Source of the DNA: Candidatus Entotheonellaceae bacterium
Lineage (GTDB): Bacteria > Tectomicrobia > Entotheonellia > Entotheonellales > Entotheonellaceae
DNA: 64,000 nucleotides
Reading direction: 5' to 3'
NCBI GenBank assembly: GCA_965238075.1
Contig: OZ250173.1
Location: 2,304,001-2,368,000 of the forward strand
The translations under genes and the position numbers were made by a program. Below, in pieces: positions 19,505-30,541 of the stretch (within the stretch, counting starts at the first letter, position 1; each line of letters opens with the position of its first letter). The notes beneath the pieces were generated by a model that was given only the letters and a program-made list of their open reading frames with translations, did not search any database and was not told the DNA's origin.

Positions 19505-20500
19505 ATGCCCGCCAACCTCACACCGCAATACATGGAAGCCGAGCAACGCTTCAAGCAAGCTGCCACACACCAGGAGAAAGTGGCTTGCCTGGAGGAGATG
19601 TTGCGGGTTATTCCCAAGCACAAAGGGACGGACAAGCTCCAGGCCGACTTGAAGCGGCGGTTGTCCAAGCTGCGTCAGGAGGCTCAGAAATCGGGGGGTG
19701 CGCGGCGGGCTGCCGGCCCGTCAGTCGTGAAGGAGGGCGCCGGGCAGATCGCCCTGCTTGGACTTCCGAACGCCGGTAAATCCGCGCTGTTGGGGATGCT
19801 TTCCAAGGCCGTCACGGAGGTCGCCGATTACCCGTTCACGACCCGCAAGCCTATTCCCGGCATGGTGATTTATGAGAACATCCAGATCCAGCTCGTCGAT
19901 CTGCCGCCCATCTCCCGCGATTACATGGAATCGTGGCTGCAGCAGATCGTGCGCAATGCGGACGCGCTGCTCCTGGTCGTGGATTTGAGCGACGCCGAGG
20001 CGCTCGAGGCGGTCGAGTTCGCCTGCGCCACATTGGCCGAGTGGAAGGTGTTGCCGGTCGCTCCCGGTATGTTATCAGACCCGGACGACCTGCCGGTCGG
20101 CGTAGTGGAACGGCCAACGATGCTGCTGGGGACGAAATACGACAGCCCGGACGGCGAGGACTCCTGGGCGATGGTCGAGGAGCTATACGGCGAGCGCTGG
20201 CCGCGGCTGGCGGTGTCGGCCTTTGACGGGCATAACCTTGAGGAATTGCGCGCCGCGTTGTACGCCTTGCTGGATAAGATTCGGGTGTACACCAAGGCGC
20301 CGGGCAAGAAGCCGGACCTCACGGCGCCGTTCACCCTGCCGCGCGGCAGCACGGTGTCGGACGTGGCCGCCACGGTGCACAAGGATTTCGCGGTGCGGCT
20401 CAAGTTCGCGCGCATCTGGGGCAAGGAAAAGTACGACGGACAGATGGTGCAGCGCGACTACGTGGTGCAGGAAGAGGACGTGATCGAACTGCACGTTTAA
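19505..20500 (+). CDS. DRG/OBG-like GTPase with TGS domain
   Basis: [40 protein letters not shown]...VH.DF...FARIWG. Confidence 0.88.
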   Translation: MPANLTPQYMEAEQRFKQAATHQEKVACLEEMLRVIPKHKGTDKLQADLKRRLSKLRQEAQKSGGARRAAGPSVVKEGAGQIALLGLPNAGKSALLGMLSKAVTEVADYPFTTRKPIPGMVIYENIQIQLVDLPPISRDYMESWLQQIVRNADALLLVVDLSDAEALEAVEFACATLAEWKVLPVAPGMLSDPDDLPVGVVERPTMLLGTKYDSPDGEDSWAMVEELYGERWPRLAVSAFDGHNLEELRAALYALLDKIRVYTKAPGKKPDLTAPFTLPRGSTVSDVAATVHKDFAVRLKFARIWGKEKYDGQMVQRDYVVQEEDVIELHV

Positions 20501-20528
20501 CACCGGGACAGCCTGGGAAGGGGACATT

Positions 20529-21536
20529 GTGGCTTGCGTCGGCATCATTGCCAATCCGGCTTCGGGAAAGGACATCCGGCGCCTGGTCGCCCACGGATCG
20601 GTGTTCAACAACTACGAGAAGGTGAACATCGTGCGCCGCGTCATGCTCGGTTTGGACGCGGTGGGGGTGGACCGCATCGTTACCATGCCCGACACGTTCA
20701 ACATTTGCGGCAAAGCCCAGGATAATCTCAAGCTGAGCGCCGACGTGCAGCCGCTCGACATGCCGATCGACGACACCCAGGCGGACACGACGCGGGCTGC
20801 CGGGCGCATGCGCGACCTCGGCGTCGATTGCCTCGTCAGCCTTGGCGGCGACGGCACCAACCGTGCGCTCGCCAAGACGTGCGGCTCGGTTCCGCTCCTA
20901 CCGCTGTCCACCGGCACCAATAACGTGTTTCCGTACATGCTCGAAGGCACCCTGGCGGGCTTGGCGGCGGGCTTGGTAGCGAGCGGCGCGGTTGCGGCCG
21001 CCGAGGCGGTCGAGCAGCGCCCCTACCTGGAGGTGGAAATCAACGGCGAGGCGGCGGACATGGCCTTGATCGACGCCGTGGTGTGCGATGACCTTTACAT
21101 CGCCTCGCGCGCCGTGTGGGACATGAACAAGGTTCGCATAGTCATTGTGACCCAGCGCGTGGCGGCGCAGATCGGCTTCATGGCGCTGGCGGGCAATCTG
21201 CCGCCGCCCAGCCCGCCCCGGTGCGGCGGCATGGTTATTGAGACCGACCCGCAGGCGCCGCCGGTTCTGGCGCCGATCGCGCCCGGTCTGATCCAGCCCG
21301 TCGGCGTGCGGCGCTATGCGCACCTAGACTTCGATGAACGGGTGGAGTTGCCGGCGGGGAGGGGGACTATCGCTCTGGACGGCGAGCGGGAAATCGTGAT
21401 GCGGTCGCATGACTGTATTGCGGTGTGCCTGCGCGCCGCCGGGCCGCGCGTCGTGCAGCCGCAGAAGGCGTTGGCGTTGGCGGCCGAACAGGGATTTTTC
21501 ATGAGCGGACGGCAAGGGCGCTGTCTGGAAACGTGA
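20529..21536 (+). CDS. AcoX-like ATP-NAD kinase family protein
   Basis: GIIANPASGKDIRRLVA, LGGDGTNR, STGTNNVFP, LDGERE. Confidence 0.85.
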   Translation: MACVGIIANPASGKDIRRLVAHGSVFNNYEKVNIVRRVMLGLDAVGVDRIVTMPDTFNICGKAQDNLKLSADVQPLDMPIDDTQADTTRAAGRMRDLGVDCLVSLGGDGTNRALAKTCGSVPLLPLSTGTNNVFPYMLEGTLAGLAAGLVASGAVAAAEAVEQRPYLEVEINGEAADMALIDAVVCDDLYIASRAVWDMNKVRIVIVTQRVAAQIGFMALAGNLPPPSPPRCGGMVIETDPQAPPVLAPIAPGLIQPVGVRRYAHLDFDERVELPAGRGTIALDGEREIVMRSHDCIAVCLRAAGPRVVQPQKALALAAEQGFFMSGRQGRCLET

Positions 21537-21553
21537 GGGGCGGGGAGGACGAC

Positions 21554-22432
21554 ATGCCTGTCGAATATATAGAACGCATCCGGGAGAAATACGAATCGCT
21601 GAGCTATGGCGCCTATCAATGGGTGTTCAGTGCGGACACCCCGTCGTGGCATCCTTTGCCGAAGCCGCTGTCCGAGTGTCGGTTGGGTTTGGTCGCCTCG
21701 GGCGGCATCTACGTCAGCGGTCAGGTGGCGTTCCACTACCGCGACGACACGTCTCTGCTGTCGATTCCGATGGACGTACCGACCAGTGAGTTGCGGGCGA
21801 CGCATTTTGCCTATGACCTGACCGACGCCCGCCAGGATCCGAACGTCGTGTTTCCCATCGACACGCTGCGTGGGCTGGTTGGCGAGGGCGTCATTGGCAG
21901 CCTGGCCGCGAACGCTTACACCTTCATGGGTGGCATTTATTCGTCCCGGCGCGTGCGGGAGGAATTGGCCCCGCGCGTCACCGAGTGCCTGTTGGCTGAA
22001 GAGGTCGATGCCGTCCTGTTCGTGCCGGCTTGACCCGTGTGCCATCAGTCCGTCGGACTGCTCGCCCGCCACGCCGAGGCCGTGGGGATATCAACCCTGT
22101 GCATGACCAGCGCGCTGGATATCACGCAGGCGGTGAATCCGCCGCGCGCCGCCTTCCTCGATTACCCACTGGGGCACACCACCGGCAAGCCGTACCAACC
22201 GGTTCTGCAGCGCGAGATCCTGCTTGCAGCGCTTGCGGGGTTCGGCGAGCTCACCACCCCGGGGATGGTAAAAATGCTTCCCTTCAAGTGGTCGGATGAC
22301 CGGACGTGGCAGGAAACCGCGCAACGCGGGCCGGATGACCGGCGTCCGCGCTATGATACGCCACAGTACCAGTACGAGGAGGACCGCGACCGCGCCGAAG
22401 CGCATGTCTTGGCGGTTCAATTCACCGGGTAA
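21554..22432 (+). CDS. GrdB/PrdB-like selenoprotein (292 aa, Sec at codon 160)
   Basis: The two ORF-track halves are in one frame, separated only by TGA 22031-22033, giving VLFVPA-U-PVCHQSVGLLAR (UxxC). Also PLSECRLGLV, DPNVVFPID, PPRAAFLDYPLGH. Confidence 0.9.
22046..22060 (+). promoter_or_regulatory. Bacterial SECIS-like hairpin
   Basis: CAGTCC-GTC-GGACTG, starting 12 nt after the UGA. Confidence 0.75.
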
Positions 22433-22471
22433 CCAACGGTGGGCTGGGGGAGCGCCGTCTACGAGCGCGGT

Positions 22472-22511
22472 TAGGAAAACCCCTCCGGGATATCCCGGAG
22501 GGGTTTTCCTA
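22472..22511. terminator. Bidirectional terminator (perfect 40-bp palindrome)
   Basis: TAGGAAAACCCCTCCGGGATATCCCGGAGGGGTTTTCCTA between convergent genes. Confidence 0.85.
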
Positions 22512-22575
22512 CTGGAAGCCGAAAATTGACTCCAGTAGAAGCTGAGGAAGGAGTTGCGGGGCGATTAGGGATTGC

Positions 22576-24126
22576 TCAGCTTGCCTTGGCTTTGGCTCTC
22601 GACTTAGCCTTGGCTTTGGCAGCCGGTGCCGGCATGCTCTCCAGGGTTTCCAGCAGCAGGCGGATGCCCCAGCCGGTTGAGCCTTTGGGCACGTACGGCT
22701 TGCCCTCGCGTGTCCAGGCCAGGCCGGCGATGTCGAGATGCACCCAGGGGGTGTCGCCGACGAATTCCTTGAGAAAGGCACCGCCGATGATCGAGCCGGC
22801 CTCGCGCCCGCCGGTGTTCTTGATGTCCGCGAAATCGCTTTTGATCTGCTTGCTGTATTCGTCGAACAGGGGCAGTTGCCAGACCCGTTCCGCGCAGCGC
22901 TCACCCGCTTCGCGCAGCCGCGTCATCATGTCGTCGTCGGTGCCCATCATGCCGGTGGCCTGGCTGCCCAAGGCGACCACCACGGCACCGGTCAGGGTGG
23001 CCAGATCGATGATGCAGGCGGGCTTGTATTTTTCCACGGCATACGCCAAAGCATCGGCGAGAATCAAACGGCCCTCGGCGTCGGTGTTGATCACCTCGAC
23101 GGTTTTGCCCGACATGGCGCGCAGGATGTCGCCGGGTTTAACGGCTGTGCCGCTCGGCAGGTTTTCCGAAGCGGGGACCAGACCCACCACACGGCGGGGA
23201 TAATTCAGGCGTGCCAGTGCCTGCATGGTTCCGAGCACCGCGGCGCCGCCCGACATGTCCATCTTCATGTCTTCCATGCCGCCCGCCGGCTTGATCGAAA
23301 TGCCGCCGCTGTCGAAGGTCAGCCCCTTGCCAACCAGCACGATCGGTGCGCCGCTGGTACCCCGGGGCGTGTGTTCCAGAATGATGAAGGCCGGCGGTTG
23401 TGCGCTGCCCTGCGCGACGCCCAGCAGGCAGCCCATGTTCAGTTCTTTCATTTCCGCCGGATCTAGGAGCCGGCAGCCCAGCGACGTGGTTTCCGCCAGG
23501 GTCTGGGCGGTAGCCGCCAAGTAGGAAGGATTGATGTCGTTGCCCGGGCTGTTGCCCAGGTCGCGGGCCAAAGAGACGGCCTCGGCAATCACTTGGCCCC
23601 GCTCGGCGCCGCGTTGTAATTCCTTTTGGGCCGACGCGCTGGTGGCCAGGAGGGTCAGTTGCTCCAGGGCGTTCTGGCTGGCCTCGTCGTCCGCTGTTTT
23701 ATACTTCTTTAATGTATATAGACCCAGGAGGGCGCCTTCCGTAATGGCCTGTGCAAGCTCGGAGGCAGTGGCAGATATGGCGGGTGGCAATACCGCGAGG
23801 CTGGCGCCGAGCTTGCGGGCCGTGGTTGCGGCGCTGGCGCTTGCCTGGCGCAAGTGCTCCAGTTCGCGCGGCTGAGATTTCTCACCCAGACCCACCAGCA
23901 GGACCCGCGGCGCCGCTATCATGCCGCGTGTGCGGAGCAGCGCCGTGCTGTTCAGCGTGCCCTTGAAATCGCCGCTCTCGATATAGTCGCCGATCAGCCC
24001 CTCAAGGCGCGCGTCGAGTTGGGCCGCCGCGCCCCTCGTGCCTACTGTCGCGCCCTGCCAGAGTGGCACTGCTAACACGTCCGCCGCCACCGCCTCGGGT
24101 TTGTCTCGTTTAATCTCGATAAGCAT
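22576..24126 (-). CDS. pepA: Leucyl aminopeptidase (M17)
   Basis: GKGLTFDSGG, MKMDMSGGA, NTDAEGRL, DLATLTGA, WVHLDIAG. Confidence 0.95.
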   Translation of the reverse strand: MLIEIKRDKPEAVAADVLAVPLWQGATVGTRGAAAQLDARLEGLIGDYIESGDFKGTLNSTALLRTRGMIAAPRVLLVGLGEKSQPRELEHLRQASASAATTARKLGASLAVLPPAISATASELAQAITEGALLGLYTLKKYKTADDEASQNALEQLTLLATSASAQKELQRGAERGQVIAEAVSLARDLGNSPGNDINPSYLAATAQTLAETTSLGCRLLDPAEMKELNMGCLLGVAQGSAQPPAFIILEHTPRGTSGAPIVLVGKGLTFDSGGISIKPAGGMEDMKMDMSGGAAVLGTMQALARLNYPRRVVGLVPASENLPSGTAVKPGDILRAMSGKTVEVINTDAEGRLILADALAYAVEKYKPACIIDLATLTGAVVVALGSQATGMMGTDDDMMTRLREAGERCAERVWQLPLFDEYSKQIKSDFADIKNTGGREAGSIIGGAFLKEFVGDTPWVHLDIAGLAWTREGKPYVPKGSTGWGIRLLLETLESMPAPAAKAKAKSRAKAKAS

Positions 24127-24343
24127 GCCGTTCCCTCGCTATGCCGCGTTGTGAACCCTGTAAACGAAGGCACCCACTATACGAACTGGCATACGGCAAT
24201 TCAAGGCGCCGGAGGCTTGATCCGGTGGCTGCCGGCAGGTTTGCGCCGCGCGCGTTTCGGTCTTTCCAGGCGGCTCCGATTCAGCGCCGGAAAAGGAGAC
24301 TCCTATCCTTGTAACTATCTAATTTTTGTGGGTTAACGCTTCC

Positions 24344-24373
24344 TTGACAAAGGTTTTGGGGCGTCGCTATAAT
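24344..24373 (+). promoter_or_regulatory. Consensus sigma70 promoter of the yceD-rpmF-fab operon
   Basis: TTGACA-N18-TATAAT. Confidence 0.8.
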
Positions 24374-24437
24374 GGGCGCTACTAACTCAACAGCCCGCAC
24401 TTCTTCTTATCCTGTTGATATCCAATGACTTGCAGAG

Positions 24438-25022
24438 ATGAGGGCAGAGCCCGTGGCGCTGTCACAGCAGGGTAGTGTTGCCGCTTTAGCGGTGGATATT
24501 CTTCGCATTCCGGATGAAGGGTTGCCGCTGGACGTGGAGGTCGGCGTGGAAGAATTGCGCTTGCCACAGGTGGCGGAGATTACCTTCCCGATTCCGGTGC
24601 GCATTCTCGGGCGCCTGACTCGGGTTGCCGAGCAGGTTTATTTTCAGGGCGCGATCTCCGGTACGATGAGCGCGCCGTGCAGCCGTTGCGTGGAGTCGGC
24701 GGCGCACGATTTTGAGGTTGAGACGCAGGTTATGTTTCTTCGGCCGAGCGCCGCTGACCCCCATGAAGACGCCGAGGCGGTAGGTCTGGAAGACGAACCC
24801 GACATCTACGTGCATGACGGGATGAAGCTTGACTTGGCGCCCCCGGTCTACGATCAGGTTGTTCTCGCCTTTCCCGTTCAGCTTTTGTGTCGTCCTGATT
24901 GTGCAGGGCTCTGCCAGATCTGCGGGGGCAATCTCAACGAAGCGTCGTGTGCGTGCCGCACCGAGAGCGGCGATCCGAGGTTTGCCCTGCTGAAAAACCT
25001 TTCATTTTCCGAGCCATCATAA
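24438..25022 (+). CDS. YceD/DUF177 family protein (start uncertain)
   Basis: CSRC and LCRPDCAGLCQICGGNLN..C.C..DPRFA.L; directly upstream of rpmF. Confidence 0.9.
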   Translation: MRAEPVALSQQGSVAALAVDILRIPDEGLPLDVEVGVEELRLPQVAEITFPIPVRILGRLTRVAEQVYFQGAISGTMSAPCSRCVESAAHDFEVETQVMFLRPSAADPHEDAEAVGLEDEPDIYVHDGMKLDLAPPVYDQVVLAFPVQLLCRPDCAGLCQICGGNLNEASCACRTESGDPRFALLKNLSFSEPS

Positions 25023-25056
25023 CGAGGCGCTACGCCGTCTGAAGGATATATTCCAA

Positions 25057-25233
25057 ATGGGTGTGCCAAAACGCAAGACATCAAGGTCGCGTCGTGACAA
25101 GCGGCGCAATCATCAACGTATGCACGTGCCGAGCCTGAGCACCTGCCCTCAATGCGGCGCGGCGCAGCTTCCCCATCGCATTTGCCCAAGTTGCGGGTTC
25201 TATAAGGAACGCGAGATCATTGCCGCGCAATAG
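25057..25233 (+). CDS. rpmF: 50S ribosomal protein L32 (absent from the ORF track)
   Basis: MGVPKRKTSRSRRDKRRNH...CPQCG...PHRICPSCGFYKERE. Confidence 0.97.
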   Translation: MGVPKRKTSRSRRDKRRNHQRMHVPSLSTCPQCGAAQLPHRICPSCGFYKEREIIAAQ

Positions 25234-25303
25234 GACCCTGGCTGCGGGGAAGGCGAGCGGGTTTCGAGTTCTCGGCGCCTGCCCTCGCAAGGTGTCATGA
25301 TCA

Positions 25304-26410
25304 ATGAAAATCGCGGTCGACGGCATGGGTGGAGACTTCGCCCCTCAGGCGATAGTCGAGGGCGCTGTCCTTGCCGCGCAACAGCACAACGCCAACATTA
25401 CCCTGGTGGGCGACGAGGGGCAGCTGGAGCGCGAATTGGACCGCTTACAGGCTCACGCGCTGCCCATCACCATCTGCCACGCCTCGGAAGTCGTGCACAT
25501 GGACGAGACGCCGGCCATGGCGCTGCGCAAGAAACGGTTTTCCTCCATCCGCGTGGCCATGGAGTTGGTACGAAGCGGAGAGGCGCAGGCGGTTGTCAGC
25601 GCCGGCAACACTGGTGCCGCCCTGGGCGCGGCGACGATGATCCTGCGGCCTCTGCGCGGCATCGACCGTCCAGCCATAGCGACGCTGTTGCCCACTCAAA
25701 AGGGCGCCTCGATCCTTCTCGACGTTGGCGCCAACGTGGATTGCAAGTCAACCCAGCTTTTCCAGTTCGGGATCATGGGGGACGTTTTTGCCAAGTACAT
25801 TCTGGATAAGCCAAACCCCGCCGTCGGCCTGTTGGCAATCGGCGAGGAGGATACCAAGGGCAATGACGTAACCCGAGAAGCCTTTCTCATGCTGAAGCAA
25901 AGTGACCTCAATTTCATCGGCAACATCGAAGGCAAACCTTTTTTCCACGGTGTCGCTGACGTGGTGGTGTGCGACGGGTTTATTGGCAACGTGGCGCTGA
26001 AGATGTGTGAGGGGGTTGCCGAGATGTACGGGCAGGCCCTCAAGACAGCCTTGACGCGAACGCCGTGGCGGCGCTTGGCGGCGACGTTGTTGCGTCCCGC
26101 CTTGCAGGACATTCGCCGCCGTGTGGATGCTTCCGAATATGGCGGCGCGCCGCTTCTTGGCGTCAACGGCACGTGTATCATCGGTCACGGCAACTCGACC
26201 CCCAAGGCCGTCAAGAATGCCATCCACATGGCGCAGCGCTTCCTCGAAGAACGGGTCACGGAGCGCATCCAGGAAGAGGTCGAACGCAACAGCGACATCC
26301 AGGATGCCAGCGGCGTCCGCGGCCGCAACATCTGGCGCCACATCCGCAGCACCATGTCATTCCGCGGCGAGCGTGAGGAAGAGGACGAGGAGGTCACGTC
26401 CGAACCTTAG
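25304..26410 (+). CDS. plsX: Phosphate acyltransferase
   Basis: IAVDGMGGDFAP, SAGNTGA, IDRPAIA, DVGANVD, CDGFIGNV, YGGAPLLGV. Confidence 0.96.
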   Translation: MKIAVDGMGGDFAPQAIVEGAVLAAQQHNANITLVGDEGQLERELDRLQAHALPITICHASEVVHMDETPAMALRKKRFSSIRVAMELVRSGEAQAVVSAGNTGAALGAATMILRPLRGIDRPAIATLLPTQKGASILLDVGANVDCKSTQLFQFGIMGDVFAKYILDKPNPAVGLLAIGEEDTKGNDVTREAFLMLKQSDLNFIGNIEGKPFFHGVADVVVCDGFIGNVALKMCEGVAEMYGQALKTALTRTPWRRLAATLLRPALQDIRRRVDASEYGGAPLLGVNGTCIIGHGNSTPKAVKNAIHMAQRFLEERVTERIQEEVERNSDIQDASGVRGRNIWRHIRSTMSFRGEREEEDEEVTSEP

Positions 26411-26460
26411 CCGCCTCGCGCCGTTTTTTCTCCAGGTTGCAACAAGAGGGTCACGCCATT

Positions 26461-27372
26461 ATGGCCAGGCGCATCATCTGCGTTTTCCCGGGTCAAGGTT
26501 CACAATACGTTGGCATGGGCAAGGACCTCTGTGAGGTCGATGCCGAGGTGCGGGCCCTGTACGAAGAGGCCAACGAGGTTTTGGGCTACGATCTGCAGCG
26601 CTTGTGCTTTGAGGGGCCGGAAGACGAGTTGCGGCTGACGCAGAACACCCAGCCCGCCATTCTGGTGCATAGCGTGGCGACGTGGACCCAAGTGGTAAAG
26701 GGGGGGCTGAAACCCACGTTACTGGCCGGGCACAGCCTGGGCGAATACTCGGCGCTGGTGGCGGCCGGTGTGCTGACGTTTGCCGATGCGGTGCGCACGG
26801 TGCACAAGCGGGGTTTGTTCATGCAGGAAGCGGTGCCGCCGGGCGCCGGGAGCATGGCGGCGCTCCTCGGCGTGGCACGGCAGGACGTGGACGCGCTGTG
26901 CGCCGAGTTCGGTAGCGACGACGTTCTGCAGGCGGCGAACTACAACGATCCGGGTCAGACCGTCATTGCCGGCGAGACGAGTTGCGTCAAGGCGGCCACC
27001 GCTGCCGTCAAGTCGCGGCGCTTGGGCCGCGCGATTCCTCTGAAGGTAAGCGCGCCATTTCACTGCCGCATGCTGGCGCCGGCGGCCGAGCGCTTGGCTG
27101 ACGTATTGGCGCCTGTGGGTTGCGGAGACTTCGCGTATCCTGTCATATCGAACGTCACGGCGGCCCCGCACCCGTCTCCCGACGCCGTAAAGGAGCTTCT
27201 GATCGAGCAGGTCTGCGCGCCGGTACGCTGGGAAGAATCGATGTGTTATGCGGTCTCGCAGGGCTGCGCCGCGCTGCTCGAAGCGGGACCGGGGAAAGTG
27301 CTCGGCGGCATGATGGGGCGTATCGCGCCGCAGGTTGAGGTGATGACGGTGTCGGAAGCGGCGGCAGGCTGA
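26461..27372 (+). CDS. fabD: Malonyl-CoA:ACP transacylase
   Basis: FPGQGSQ, TQPAI, GHSLGEY, VSAPFH, PVRW. Confidence 0.96.
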   Translation: MARRIICVFPGQGSQYVGMGKDLCEVDAEVRALYEEANEVLGYDLQRLCFEGPEDELRLTQNTQPAILVHSVATWTQVVKGGLKPTLLAGHSLGEYSALVAAGVLTFADAVRTVHKRGLFMQEAVPPGAGSMAALLGVARQDVDALCAEFGSDDVLQAANYNDPGQTVIAGETSCVKAATAAVKSRRLGRAIPLKVSAPFHCRMLAPAAERLADVLAPVGCGDFAYPVISNVTAAPHPSPDAVKELLIEQVCAPVRWEESMCYAVSQGCAALLEAGPGKVLGGMMGRIAPQVEVMTVSEAAAG

Positions 27373-27381
27373 GCGGGAAGC

Positions 27382-28128
27382 ATGACGGAATTGCAGGGTA
27401 AAGTAGCCGTTGTAACGGGTGGCTCGCGCGGCATCGGACGCGCCATCGCGCTGGCCTTGGGCGGTGCTGGTGCGCGCGTCGCCATTACCTGCACGCAGCA
27501 GTATCAGGCGGCCGAGGAGGTGGCGGCGGCCCTGAAAGACATGGGCGGCGAAGGGCGTGTGTATCAGTTCGACATTGCTGACTTTGAGGCCACGTCGCAG
27601 GCTTTTGACCGGATCGGCAGCGATTTCGGCGGCCTCGATGTGTTGGTGAGCAATGCCGGTGTCACGCGCGACCAACTCCTGGTGCGCATGAAACCGGCGG
27701 AGTGGGATATCGTTCTGCAAACCAATCTGTCGGGGACGTTCAACTGCAATCGCGCCGTGGTGCGAACCATGTTGCGCCAGCGTTCCGGGCGCATCATCAA
27801 CATTACCTCGGTCGCCGGGTTGACGGGCAACCCCGGCCAAACGAATTATGCGGCTTCCAAGGCCGGCATCGTGGGGTTTACCAAGGCGTTGGCCAAGGAA
27901 TTGGCGCCGCGCAACGTCACGGTTAACGCGGTGGCGCCGGGATTCATTGATACCGATATGACGCAAGTGCTGCCTGACGCGCAACGGCAGGCGGTGTTGC
28001 AGCAGATCCCGGCAGCGCGCTTTGGCACCCCGGAAGACGTTGCGGCGTGCGTGCTCTTTCTTTCTTCTGAGGGTGCGCAGTATATTACCGGGGAGGTTAT
28101 TCGGGTAAGTGGTGGCTTGGCCATCTGA
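27382..28128 (+). CDS. fabG: 3-oxoacyl-ACP reductase
   Basis: [33 protein letters not shown]. Confidence 0.96.
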   Translation: MTELQGKVAVVTGGSRGIGRAIALALGGAGARVAITCTQQYQAAEEVAAALKDMGGEGRVYQFDIADFEATSQAFDRIGSDFGGLDVLVSNAGVTRDQLLVRMKPAEWDIVLQTNLSGTFNCNRAVVRTMLRQRSGRIINITSVAGLTGNPGQTNYAASKAGIVGFTKALAKELAPRNVTVNAVAPGFIDTDMTQVLPDAQRQAVLQQIPAARFGTPEDVAACVLFLSSEGAQYITGEVIRVSGGLAI

Positions 28129-28154
28129 TTCCATCCGTATGGGGGAGAAAACGT

Positions 28155-28400
28155 ATGAGCGTTGAGGCAAAGGTGCAAGGGATTATCGCCGAGCAGCTCG
28201 GTGTGGATGAAAAAGAAGTCACCGAGTTGGCGTCATTCATCGATGATTTGGGGGCCGATTCGCTGGACACCGTCGAATTGGTCATGGCCTTTGAGGAAGA
28301 GTTCGACATCGAGATATCGGACGAGGACGCCGAAGAGATTACAACCGTGGCCGACGCCATCCGATACATTACCGAGAAGACCTCCGAAAAGACGTCCTGA
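28155..28400 (+). CDS. acpP: Acyl carrier protein
   Basis: [20 protein letters not shown]. Confidence 0.97.
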   Translation: MSVEAKVQGIIAEQLGVDEKEVTELASFIDDLGADSLDTVELVMAFEEEFDIEISDEDAEEITTVADAIRYITEKTSEKTS

Positions 28401-28472
28401 GCGTGGCGCAAGCTGCCAGCCGGGTCGCCGTCGGAGCGAGCATCGGAGGCTGACGTAAGGACGGCCATCAGC

Positions 28473-29752
28473 ATGGCGAACAGCAACGAGCACAACAGGG
28501 CGGTGAGGCGTGTGGTCATCACGGGTCTAGGAGCCGTGACCCCCCTTGGCACGGACGTCCCGACCTCCTGGCAAGCCGCGCTGCGCGGCGACAATGGCAT
28601 CGGCGGGATCCAATGTTTTGATGCCAGCGCGTTTCCGTGCCGGATTGCCGGCGAGGTGAAAGAAGATTTCCAGCCGCTCGACTACATCGACAAAAAAGAA
28701 GTGAAGCGCATGGACCGCTTCGTGCAGTTTGCCTTGGCCAGCGCGGACATGGCGGTGGCCGATGCCGAAATGCGCTTTGCGCCCGACGAATCACAGCGCT
28801 CCGGGTGCCTGCTGGGCGTAGGGCTCGGTGGCATGGCGACGTTCGAACGCAACCATGAAAGTCTGTTGCGGACGGGTCCGCAGCGCGTTTCCCCTTTCTT
28901 CATTCCCATGCTGATCGGCAACATGGCGGCGGGGCACGTCTGCATGCGCTACGGGCTGCGGGGTCCGAATTCCTGCGTGTCCACGGCGTGCGCGGCCGGC
29001 ACACGCACGCCATCGGCGATTCCTTCAAAATCATTCAACGCGGCGACGCGGACGTGATGCTGAGCGGGGGTTGTGAGTCCGTTGTCACGCCGCTGGGGGT
29101 TGGCGGCTTCTACGCCATGCGCGCCCTCTCTACCCGTAACGACGAGCCCGACCGTGCCAGTCGTCCTTTTGACGAGCAGCGGGATGGCTTCGTGTTGGGC
29201 GAAGGCGCCGGTATCCTGGTGCTGGAAGAACTGGAGCGGGCGCGGCAGCGGGGCGCGGCGATTTATGCTGAAGTCGTGGGCTATGGCATGAGTGCCGATG
29301 CCTACCACATGACGCAGCCCGACCCCGAAGCCAAGGGAGTCGCCATCTGTATGCAGCGGGCGCTCGACGATGCCGGGCTGGAGCCGGACGAGATTGCCTA
29401 TATCAATGCGCACGGCACCTCGACGCCGTACAACGATAAGTATGAAACGCTGGCGATCAAGAAGGTCTTCCGGGGCCAGGCCTATCGTCTTGCCGTGAGT
29501 TCTACGAAATCGATGACGGGCCATTTGCTGGGCGCCGCCGGCGGCGTCGAAGGGGTTTTCACCGCGCTCGCCGTGCGGCATGGCGTGGTGCCACCGACCC
29601 GGAACTGGGAGCATCCGGACGCGGATTGCGATCTCGACTACGTCCCGAACGAGACGCGGACGATGCCCGTGGGTGCGGCCATGTCCAACTCCTTGGGCTT
29701 TGGCGGAACGAATGCGTGCGTGGTCTTCAAACAATATACGGAGCCGATGTGA
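28473..29752 (+). CDS. fabF: Beta-ketoacyl-ACP synthase II, frameshifted at 29001-29004
   Basis: RRVVITGLG..., TACAAG then HAIGDS...[26 protein letters not shown] in another frame; extra AC dinucleotide. Confidence 0.92.
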
Positions 29753-30450
29753 TAGCCCCCGAGCGTGCGGAACGTCTGGCCTTGTTTCAACGGCGGCTGG
29801 GATATTACTTTACGGCTCCTCAACGGCTGGACCGCGCGCTGACGCATCGTTCATACACCGCCGAGACAGCCGAGGACACAGGGGACTACGAGACCCTGGA
29901 GTTTCTGGGTGATGCCGCACTGGGGCTGATTTTGGGGACCTACCTGTACGAACGCTATCCCGGCTGCAACGAGGGCCAACTGTCGCAAATGCGCTCGCGC
30001 CTGGTAAGCGAGACCAGCTTGGCCGGTTTGGCGCGTCAGATCGATCTGGGGGATTTCCTGCTGCTCGGACGGGGCGAAGAGAGGTCCGGCGGACGTCACA
30101 AGGATTCCTTGCTGGCCGCTTCGCTTGAGGCCGTGGTTGCTGCCTTGTATCTCGACGCCGGCTTGCAGCGCACCCAAGATGTTTTTCTGAACTGCTATGC
30201 CGAGGCTATCGAGCGGCGCTTGGCCTCGCCTCAGGGTCAAGATTACAAGGGGCTTCTCCAGCAAAAGGCGCTAGGGGCTTTCGGCTGTGTACCGACCTAT
30301 CAGACCGTCCGCGAAGAAGGCCCTCCACATCAGAAGACGTTTCACGTACGGCTGAGCCTGACACCCGAGTATGACTGTATCGGGATAGGCCCGAGCAAAA
30401 AAGCCGCCGGGCAACACGCTGCTCAGCAGCTTCTCGGACTGCTGTGCTAG
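29749..30450 (+). CDS. rnc: Ribonuclease III
   Basis: [25 protein letters not shown], dsRBD DYK..LQQ..GPPH; GTG start overlaps the fabF stop. Confidence 0.93.
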   Translation: MIAPERAERLALFQRRLGYYFTAPQRLDRALTHRSYTAETAEDTGDYETLEFLGDAALGLILGTYLYERYPGCNEGQLSQMRSRLVSETSLAGLARQIDLGDFLLLGRGEERSGGRHKDSLLAASLEAVVAALYLDAGLQRTQDVFLNCYAEAIERRLASPQGQDYKGLLQQKALGAFGCVPTYQTVREEGPPHQKTFHVRLSLTPEYDCIGIGPSKKAAGQHAAQQLLGLLC

Positions 30451-30541
30451 CATGGCGCCTGATCCTGACCCACCTTGTTTCCTGAAACAGGTGCTGCCTT
30501 AAAATGGACGGCGGCGGTTTGCACCAACAAAGACGCGCGGA

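Noticed and set aside
25304-29752. fab genes as a PKS/secondary-metabolite cluster
   Set aside because: Standard housekeeping context with rpmF, plsX and rnc.
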